A stretch of 64,000 nt of DNA, from positions 96,001 to 160,000 of the IMG/VR virus record IMGVR_UViG_3300045988_180675; one strand, given 5' to 3'. Each line of letters begins with the position of its first letter. Within the stretch, counting starts at the first letter, position 1. Of the stretch, positions 34,646-42,700 are shown in pieces. The stretch comes from a virus. Made by a program: the position numbers and the translations under genes. Under the pieces are notes generated by a model. The model worked only from the letters and a program-made list of their open reading frames with translations. It was not told the origin of the DNA and did not search any database.

Positions 34646-35752
34646 CTACATGAGATTCTCTACATCCAGTAATGAGATATCGTTAGCAAATGCATCTGCA
34701 AAGCCCTCATCGTCTGACTTGGTGTAGAAATGATTGTCCATATTGATCGCTTCAATTGGCATGCTTTGTCGAACTGTATTGATTTCCCTGGAGTTTAGTA
34801 ATATTGACTTAAATTCATTCTTTGCTGCTCTAAATGCTACAGAAAAAGTTGATTTTGAACCTTCATATCCATGAGCCTTAGCGTAATTGTATAGGGCTGC
34901 ATCTTTAATAGTCTTATCTGGATATTTTGCTGCAAACTCTAAGAAGAATGTCAGAATCTTTTTTGATTTCGGTCTTAACTTATTTAACATCTCCTGAAAT
35001 TCAATTGTTTCTTCTTTTTCTCTTAATTGTTTAGCTGGATCAGCTGCATTTGGATCTTGAATCTCAAGTGTTTGTGTCTGTTCTGAACTATCCTTACGCC
35101 AATCCAATTGGACAACAACGAATTTTAATTCAAGACACTTTCTTACGGTAATAAGTGATACCTTTTTGTCAAAATGTGTTTGGATATATTTTGTAAGTAT
35201 TTCTGGAGTATACGTATTGATTCCATCTGACTGTAATTCTTGGATAGCCTTATTTACAAGCGTCATTGATCTGGCATAATGAATAGATAATTGGACAGAG
35301 CCATCAATGATCGTCGAAACTTTGGCTGAGAAGAACTTGCTTACAAATGGAGTGATAAAAGTAGTGATGTTATATTCTGGGTTATATTCCTCTAAATGTT
35401 CTGCGAGAATCACAAATACTTCCTGCATGGCTTCTTCGATGTTTTCAATCGAAGGGAACGTATGTCGAATATAATAATGCAGCTGTTTATATGAAACTGC
35501 AAAAGCTAACCCTCTTGCTAAACTCTTGATTTCTGGTTCTTCATACTTGATTGCCTTTGCGATTACTTTTTCATCTGTTTTGTTCATACGATCGAAGCCG
35601 AGATTGAATCCATTTAATCTTTCTCTAAAATAGGCGATCAGATCTGGATATTTTTCTTCTAACTCTTTTGGGATATGAACAAAATCATCAATATGAAGCT
35701 TCATTCCTTTATCAATATACATTTTTGCATCATTTTCAATTTTGTTTCGCAT
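34646..35752 (-). CDS. sigma-70-family-like transcription factor (divergent)
   Basis: 368 aa. MQEVFVILAEHLEEYNPEYNITTFITPFVSKFF (region 2.1-2.3 pattern). VQLSIHYARSMTLVNKAIQELQSDGINTYTPEILTKYI...VSLITVRKCLE (region 2.4/3.0 pattern). ETIEFQEMLNKLRPKSKKILTFFLEF (region 4.1 pattern). Region 4.2 is poorly recognisable. Confidence 0.55.
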   Translation of the reverse strand: MRNKIENDAKMYIDKGMKLHIDDFVHIPKELEEKYPDLIAYFRERLNGFNLGFDRMNKTDEKVIAKAIKYEEPEIKSLARGLAFAVSYKQLHYYIRHTFPSIENIEEAMQEVFVILAEHLEEYNPEYNITTFITPFVSKFFSAKVSTIIDGSVQLSIHYARSMTLVNKAIQELQSDGINTYTPEILTKYIQTHFDKKVSLITVRKCLELKFVVVQLDWRKDSSEQTQTLEIQDPNAADPAKQLREKEETIEFQEMLNKLRPKSKKILTFFLEFAAKYPDKTIKDAALYNYAKAHGYEGSKSTFSVAFRAAKNEFKSILLNSREINTVRQSMPIEAINMDNHFYTKSDDEGFADAFANDISLLDVENLM

Positions 35753-35951
35753 ACAACTCTCCTACTATTTTTCTAAAAAAAGCATCTTTTCCATTTTTTC
35801 TCAATGTATATATAGCTTGGAACGTATTGTTAATATCTTCTGGCTTTACAACAGATGCGATCATCGAATGATTAAATGCATCAATTTCGTTATAACCATT
35901 ACCAAGATCACTTAATAGCTGCATTTCTTGTTTTAAAATTCCCATGTTCAT
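35736..35951 (-). CDS. hypothetical small protein (about 69-71 aa) upstream of the sigma-like gene
   Basis: The track start (35966) lies inside the -10 region of promoter B7. The ATG at 35951 sits 7 nt after TATAAA (possible leaderless start). The ATG at 35945 is the alternative. Confidence 0.5.
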   Translation of the reverse strand: MNMGILKQEMQLLSDLGNGYNEIDAFNHSMIASVVKPEDINNTFQAIYTLRKNGKDAFFRKIVGELYAKQN

Positions 35952-35957
35952 TTTTCC

Positions 35958-35978
35958 TTTATACATATAACAGTATAT
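35958..35978 (-). promoter_or_regulatory. type-B promoter, copy B7
   Basis: Minus strand: ATATACTGTTATATGTATAAA. Confidence 0.55.
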
Positions 35979-36011
35979 CTTCTTTCACCACAATTGTAAA
36001 GAGAAGAAAAA

Positions 36012-36035
36012 GAAAAAGAACAGATTTTTATCTGT
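36012..36035 (-). terminator. intrinsic terminator after the HipA-like gene
   Basis: Hairpin ACAGAT-TTTT-ATCTGT (36020-36035), followed by a T-rich run. Confidence 0.65.
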
Positions 36036-36041
36036 CCTTTC

Positions 36042-37250
36042 CTATTTTGACAATGGAGAAATTTCCTTTTCCGAAATCTTTTTTACTCTCCCATTTGACT
36101 TCTGGACCAATTGAATCAACAAATCTCTTTGATCGTTGTTCAAAGTTGGATACGTCTTTATCATCTGTTCCATTGCACTGCATGTTAGTTTCTGCGGAAG
36201 CTTTTTTTTATAGTTTTTCTTAACATACTTGATTGCTTCTTTTTTATTTTCTTCTGAAAAATAGACAAAAGCAGGAGATTCGTTGCTTCTTAATTGGAAA
36301 GCAGAACCAGAGTCAAATAATGGAGCAAAACCAATGATTTCTGCGGTGTTTGCATCTCTAATGAATCCAAAGTTTCCAAGATGCCTGTCAGTGTTTCCAA
36401 TTACATAATCACAATAGATCATTTTCTTAATGTAATCATCTGCTCCTTTGATTTTAAGTTCATTACACGAACGTATAAAGAAATTCATCAGGTCTTCTCC
36501 TTCTTTTGGAGTGAATGGTTTCATAACATGTGAAGCAGGAACAAACTCTGTATCTCTCGTTATGAAATTTCTGCACTTTGAACAAAGTTGCATACTCTCA
36601 ATGACTAATGAATATTCAACAATATCTAATAGATTCAGTTGTTTCAATATCATTGATGCTAATACTTCTGAAAGTGGCTCTTGGTCAATCTGAAGCCCAG
36701 CTCCCTTATAAAGATAAGAAATTCCATCTTCTTTCTTCCACTTCTTAATTAAGATTCCGTTTGTTGTTAGATCAGGAGAGAAGGAGATCAAAGATGATGT
36801 ATCAAGACTTCCATCAAGTTCTCCTTTTTCTGCATGGGTTCTTATTTTTTCTTTATTTACTTCCCATATTCCAAAGAAAGCTTTCCCAACCTCTTCGCAA
36901 TAAGGGTTATCAAAGAAATTCAATTTTTCCCATGTTTCTCTTTTGTCATATTTCAGCCAATACTGATCGGAAAGAGAAAAGAAATTTCTGTATGTATTCA
37001 ATAAATCTTTAGAACTTTCCATTACATACGTTCTATTTTCTCTCTCACTTGGAATCATACGCTTTCTGAACCATGTTTGAAGATTTTCTAGTGATAGATT
37101 CCCATTCTGTAAAAACATTGGCAGATACCTCTGGTTATTCTTGTGTCGTCCTATGATTTTAATGATCTTATCTTTATCAATTACTATTTTTAATACTTTT
37201 TTATCCTTATTACAAAGCCATACTTCAAATCCGCTATTGTTTTCTGCCAT
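36042..37250 (-). CDS. HipA-like Ser/Thr kinase
   Basis: About 402 aa. Catalytic loop CDYVIGNTDRHLGNFGFI, Mg-binding PLFDSGSAF, N-terminal FSLSDQYWL motif. Start set to the ATG at 37250 (MAENNSG); the 5' extension in the track overlaps the upstream gene by 83 nt. Confidence 0.75.
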   Translation of the reverse strand: MAENNSGFEVWLCNKDKKVLKIVIDKDKIIKIIGRHKNNQRYLPMFLQNGNLSLENLQTWFRKRMIPSERENRTYVMESSKDLLNTYRNFFSLSDQYWLKYDKRETWEKLNFFDNPYCEEVGKAFFGIWEVNKEKIRTHAEKGELDGSLDTSSLISFSPDLTTNGILIKKWKKEDGISYLYKGAGLQIDQEPLSEVLASMILKQLNLLDIVEYSLVIESMQLCSKCRNFITRDTEFVPASHVMKPFTPKEGEDLMNFFIRSCNELKIKGADDYIKKMIYCDYVIGNTDRHLGNFGFIRDANTAEIIGFAPLFDSGSAFQLRSNESPAFVYFSEENKKEAIKYVKKNYKKKLPQKLTCSAMEQMIKTYPTLNNDQRDLLIQLVQKSNGRVKKISEKEISPLSK

Positions 37251-38562
37251 AATCGAACATCTCAACTTCTGCAACATTTTCACTTGGGTTATCTGTTTCA
37301 TCCCATTTACAAGCAAACTTTAGCATTTCCCCATTATTGTTGACCAAAATAGGTTCACCAGTTGAATAACCGATATCTACTAACTGATCGTGTTTAAATA
37401 CACAATACGCAAATTTTGCATGCCCGTTGGCTTCATTTTTCTTTCCACTTGGGAACATACGAACAGAAATTCCAGTTGCAGGATCAAAAGCTTCTAAGTG
37501 CCCTTTTCCAGATAATCCTTCGTCTTTGATTGCAGCAATCACAAATTCAGAACCATCAATACCTTCTACCATTGGTTGTAGCACACCTTCTTCTGATATG
37601 GAACAAGTTACTTTTAAAGAATTTCCTTTGCCATCATTGATGATTGCCTCTGGTGACTCTCCAAGAGCATCTGCCATCAACTGCTTGTCGGCATTGCGAT
37701 CAATGACATATCGGACAATAAATTCAGGGGTACGTATACTTGTAGCTAGTGGAGTAATAAACATATCGACTCTGCTTAAAGGCTCTCCATTTTCATCTGT
37801 GAAGTTACCCTTTACGTATGCATACATAATATCTTTTTGCTTAATTTTTATATCCATTCTTTCAGGATGCAATAAAACATTCTTTAAAACTTCTTCATTT
37901 TGAACTGGTGTATCCTTTGTTTCGTTTCCGTTACTTGATGTTGGAACATCGTAGTCTGGTTCATCTGGTTCACCAAAATTTAAGCCATCAGATAATAGTG
38001 GTGTATTAACGGAGCTATCAGAAGAAAATGGATCGTTATCTTCAGACATAAATGTTGGCATATCTGGTTCATATCCCGTTTCTTCTGGATTGAATGTTTC
38101 ATTGTTTACTTCGTCTCCAGCCTCATTCGTCTCATCTTGACTTAATGGATGTTCACTAACTGCCTGCTGTGGGATATTCACCTCTTTATCTTGCTTAGAT
38201 TCATCAGAGGCTTCTTTTTGCTTATCTTCTTTTTCTTCCGTTGTTTCTTGCGTGCCATGTTCTTGGTTTTGTGTAGTATCTACAGGTTTTTCCTCTTGTT
38301 TTTCTTCTTGATCGACAGATAACAGTTGGTCCATTGCTCTCATGGTTTCTTCATCAAATACATAGCTCTTTCCATCCGTCTGGATCACGATATTTTCTGC
38401 ATATTTTCTGAGTTCAAATGGCTTGTTTTGTGATATCAATCTACTTGCGATCATAGACTTTGCCATTGTGGCTAATACAACGTCTTTTTCGTCAGCATCT
38501 TCTGTATTGATAATGCTTTCTAAAAGATCCATGATTTCAAAATATGTTCTTACAAATTTCAT
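37234..38562 (-). CDS. hypothetical protein with an acidic low-complexity linker (442 aa)
   Basis: ORF with a GGGAGGATTTTTAAA SD. ATGA overlap with the upstream gene. Confidence 0.65.
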   Translation of the reverse strand: MKFVRTYFEIMDLLESIINTEDADEKDVVLATMAKSMIASRLISQNKPFELRKYAENIVIQTDGKSYVFDEETMRAMDQLLSVDQEEKQEEKPVDTTQNQEHGTQETTEEKEDKQKEASDESKQDKEVNIPQQAVSEHPLSQDETNEAGDEVNNETFNPEETGYEPDMPTFMSEDNDPFSSDSSVNTPLLSDGLNFGEPDEPDYDVPTSSNGNETKDTPVQNEEVLKNVLLHPERMDIKIKQKDIMYAYVKGNFTDENGEPLSRVDMFITPLATSIRTPEFIVRYVIDRNADKQLMADALGESPEAIINDGKGNSLKVTCSISEEGVLQPMVEGIDGSEFVIAAIKDEGLSGKGHLEAFDPATGISVRMFPSGKKNEANGHAKFAYCVFKHDQLVDIGYSTGEPILVNNNGEMLKFACKWDETDNPSENVAEVEMFDYGRKQ

Positions 38563-38906
38563 TTTAAAAATCCTCCCAATATTTTCTGTAGTAATGTCTT
38601 TCTTTTATGTGTCTTGGCGAACTCGGCAAACCGCTCTGGAGTTCTTCTGGCACTCTTTTCTTCTTCGATTCTCTCTTTTGAAATAAGCTTTCCATTAACG
38701 TCATAATGCCACTCATTTCCACAAGATTCACAATAACAGTTGTTATATGGTACTTCTTCTGCAAATCTAATCAGTTCTCCAGCTTTCAAAGACTCTCTTT
38801 CTGTATATATCTGATCATTTTCGCTTCTAGGCATTTTAATATATCGACCAGTTAATCTACTGCCACATTCTGGACATCTTTGTACATAATAATATATCTT
38901 CTTCAC
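38559..38906 (-). CDS. four-Cys zinc-ribbon protein (115 aa)
   Basis: CPECG...CESCG. GTG start in a GTGA overlap with the upstream stop, GAGGA 9 nt upstream. Basic C-terminus. Confidence 0.6.
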   Translation of the reverse strand: MKKIYYYVQRCPECGSRLTGRYIKMPRSENDQIYTERESLKAGELIRFAEEVPYNNCYCESCGNEWHYDVNGKLISKERIEEEKSARRTPERFAEFAKTHKRKTLLQKILGGFLK

Positions 38907-39703
38907 TCTAAATCATCCTCGCCTTCGTTTGTTTCTTCTGTTTTGTTTTCATTTGATTCAATTTCTTGATTCGTATCTAAGAAGTATTGACACTCCTCTG
39001 GAGTCAATACCAACTGCCAACTGCATGCATTGACCAATATTCCATGATTCATGGATATTCTTGTAATATCTTGTGATGAGAGCAACAATGGACGCCACTC
39101 CCATTCTTCTTTGTTAGTTTTTGCGTTTGCCCTTTCCCATTTTTCATATTCTAGCCCATCTGTAAAGACAAAGTAATAGGCTTCTTTGGTTTTTGTCATA
39201 TATGCTTGGGCGTATATGAATACAAATGTATCTTTTCCACTCTTTGTTTTTGCTGGTTTGATCTTACAAGGAATAATGAATTTCAGATTTCTTATTCTTT
39301 TTAGCCATACAAAGTTTTTCGTCTGAACATATTCCGATATATTTCTTGATAATTCTTGATTGTAATAATACGCTGGGACATTTTCATACTTGATTTCTCT
39401 TTTATCTTTTCTTCCATCGTTATATGTACATTCAATATGATTTCCACCTGCCGAATACACCTTGGATACATACTTGTTCCAACTTTCTTCATTAAACTTG
39501 ATTGGAATGAAATATATACTTTCTTTCCATGTTTCACCTTTTTCTTCAGCCTTGGCATTGATATAGTCTTGTGCCATTTTCGAATTTTCAAAAAGTCTAT
39601 TTGTAAAATCTTTGTCAATATATGGAATCATTGCAAATTTGTTTGCTAGAAAATATAAGGTTATGTTCTTTTTAATAAATTCATTCAGCTTTCTTTCTTC
39701 CAT
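38903..39703 (-). CDS. hypothetical protein (266 aa)
   Basis: First ORF behind promoter C2. GTGAGGTTAAA SD. Confidence 0.6.
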   Translation of the reverse strand: MEERKLNEFIKKNITLYFLANKFAMIPYIDKDFTNRLFENSKMAQDYINAKAEEKGETWKESIYFIPIKFNEESWNKYVSKVYSAGGNHIECTYNDGRKDKREIKYENVPAYYYNQELSRNISEYVQTKNFVWLKRIRNLKFIIPCKIKPAKTKSGKDTFVFIYAQAYMTKTKEAYYFVFTDGLEYEKWERANAKTNKEEWEWRPLLLSSQDITRISMNHGILVNACSWQLVLTPEECQYFLDTNQEIESNENKTEETNEGEDDLE

Positions 39704-39715
39704 TTTAACCTCACA

Positions 39716-39734
39716 TATATATTATGCTATATCC
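39716..39734 (-). promoter_or_regulatory. type-C promoter, copy C2
   Basis: Minus strand: GGATATAGCATAATATATA (CATAAT at 39721-39726). Confidence 0.45.
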
Positions 39735-39736
39735 AA

Positions 39737-39764
39737 AAGAAAAAGTAGAGAATTTCTTCTCTAC
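39737..39764 (-). terminator. intrinsic terminator
   Basis: Hairpin GTAGAGAA-TTTC-TTCTCTAC (39745-39764), followed by TTTTTCTTTT. Confidence 0.8.
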
Positions 39765-39771
39765 TGTTTAC

Positions 39772-42700
39772 TCACTCCGTAGGATTGTAGCCTGCTGGTG
39801 GATGGAACCCGTATGTCCAGCCACTCCAATCTGTAGGACCTTCACTGATTTCTTCACCAGTTTGGTCGCCGCCGATCGCACCTTGTACGCCACCTACTTC
39901 ATCGATATGGGCACCAACTGTTCTGCCGCCACCAATATAGATTTCTGTATGTTCTTGCCGCCACAAGATGTCTCCTGGTCTTAGATCATCTGGAGATGTG
40001 ATTTCGTACTGGACGAAGCCTGCTTCAGTCATTAGGTTGATCTGACTATAGGTTGAGAATGCTGGTGGTCCGACATTAAATCCAGCTTGTGTAAGGGCAT
40101 AATAAACTAGTGATGAGCAGTCGTAGTCTGGGTTTCCTAAACGATGAACCCAAGAATATCCATGTGAATCATCTGCAGCAATTTCTCTTGCCCATTTTAC
40201 ATAAGGTAAATTAGAAATACCACCAAAGCCATCTGCCCATTCTGGGTTTGCATTTCCGCCAACATAACCAAATGAAAGAGCCCTGATTTTGACATTAAAT
40301 ACCTTTTCAAAGTCGCTAGAGCGTAACGCAATATAACTTTGTACTAGCTTGTCCCCATAAGTCTTGTTTGATAGATCCCAAGAATAGTTAAACATCTTGT
40401 CGTTTTCTTCTAATTTTGCAAGATCACATAGAACTGGGATCTTGACCGTTGCGACGATCTTCTTCCCATTAACTTCTACTTTGTTTCCTTCTTCATCTGT
40501 CCAACTTTCCTTTTGCCCACTGGCAGTTGTTCTAAGTTCTACTGTGATACCCTGACCATGACCTGCAATTGCATAATCTGCTAATGTGACACAATACTTT
40601 TGGAAATGGTAGTTATCCTTTGGATCACCACTGTATCCAGCCACGGCACCCATACTTAGGATTTCTTTTACAAACAATAGTTGTCCAGCTCCAGAACTAC
40701 TTGATGTTCCCGATGTTCCTGCTTGTACGACATCGATTGCTCCAGCACCCGTTACTTCAACGTTGGCTAGATCAACCTCCATGTTTTCTGGAATCTTTTC
40801 ATCGATCCATTCCTTATATTTTGCATGTCTTGAATTGTATAAGGAAGCACCGATTTGGCTACCTTCATTACGCTTTTTCAAATTCTTTAAAATATTTTCT
40901 GTACTGTAATCTCCATTACAAGCTTGGAATACTGCATCTACAGGGCTAGAAGCATAATCGCCTCCCCCAAGTTCTGCTAGTTGGGTATACCAAAATACAG
41001 CTCTTAAATTCGTTGTGTAAGTATTGGCACAATAATTCCAATGTTTTACCACACGTTCTGCTGCAATTCTATCTTGTAGCTTTTTACCTTCGCTGCTTGT
41101 TAAAATTTTCTTTACAACTTCTGTTTGTTCAGCATTTAGTTCTATCCGATCTGCTTCCCAATCCTTCTCAAGAAGAGGAGCGATGATTCCATTACTATCG
41201 AGTTCGGAGAACTTACTTTGGTTTTCGCTTCTGAATCTTGTTAAATAATTTCTTGCATTATTTCCATATAAAGAACTCCAACCAATTGTAGAAGCCACTT
41301 CTCCACCTGCTTCAGCGTTGATTACATTACTATAATCTCTCTGCCCATAAACCTGTCCGCCAGTTTCCATGGCACCAAGCATATTTAACATGATATCCAT
41401 TTGCGTTTCAGAGCCAAGTTTAGCGGAAGAATCGCCAGATGTATTCTGGATCGTTGTATTTGTTTTGGCAGCTTTACCAGCTGTGCCATTTGGAAATACA
41501 ATATCGCTTTCTGGACTTAATAAGAATTTATCATTTCCGATCGTATTTCCTTCCCCATCTACAAAGTCATAGGTAGGAATCACGGCAGATACGCCGATGT
41601 TCTTTTTAAATAATCCAGAAAAAATACTTCCATTTTTATCGGTTTTGCTACCAGACAAATTGTATTCAGCTGAGAAATTCTTTAAATTTGACATTGTGAT
41701 GCTGCCTGCATCGATCTCTGCCCCATCTAAGGTAGCCTTTGTAATTGTAATATCTTGTAATGGAACGTAATCGGATCCAGCCTTCTTCTTTTCTTCTTCT
41801 GTAAGGGTTTCTCCCTTTAAGATCTTGTAATAAGCCTTCAAGCGTTCCTGCAACATGTTTGCCATTTCTTGCATCATGTTCTCATCTTTATCTGCTGACG
41901 ACTTATTTACAGCTTGTACAGGTTGGACGATATGGGTATTGTTACTTCTGATTCTGCCCTGATACAAAGCTGTACCACCAAAGATTCCACCCATCGTCAC
42001 GGATGTTGCAAGACCTGCTGTAAGAGCCTTTTTACCAATACTCTGTACAATAGCTTTTCCGCCATTCGCAATGCCCTGTGGGCTGAATATGTTTTGACTA
42101 GGTGTAACATTTCCTCTTCTTGCAAGGAACTGTTTCATCTTGCTGGCTTCTTTGTCTGCCCTTGCAAGGGAGCCTTCTCTTTGTGCCCCAATTAAACTAT
42201 CTTTACCTGTAAGAACCTTATCTTTATCCCCGATAGCTCCTGTTGATATTTTATCTTTTACTAATGTTCTTTTTTCCGTTGAAAGCTGCTGTCCTGCATC
42301 TACGTTGACTTCTCCTCCACTAATTTTAACAAGCTTCTTCTTTTCTGGTTGAAGAACGGATTTTTCTTGTGATGGTTTTAGTTTCTTAGCAATGCCTGCA
42401 TCGTATTCTTTCTGAGAGATATATCGCATGGTGCCATCAGCACGCTTTTCAATGAATCGCCCTGATGATTTCAGATACTCGACATTTTCTTTTGGACCTG
42501 GTGAATTTATAATGCCAGAACTTTGTCCAATGGAATTCTTCTCACTTATCGAAGAAATACCTGGCATGTTGTTTCTTGTGATGTTTGAGATTGCATCTTT
42601 TAACTTCTTCGCTTTTTGTTCATCAATTGACTTTTGCTGTTCTAAAAATGAATTTTTTACAATCTGTTTATTAGGTTGAGCAATTTGACGTTCATTCTTT

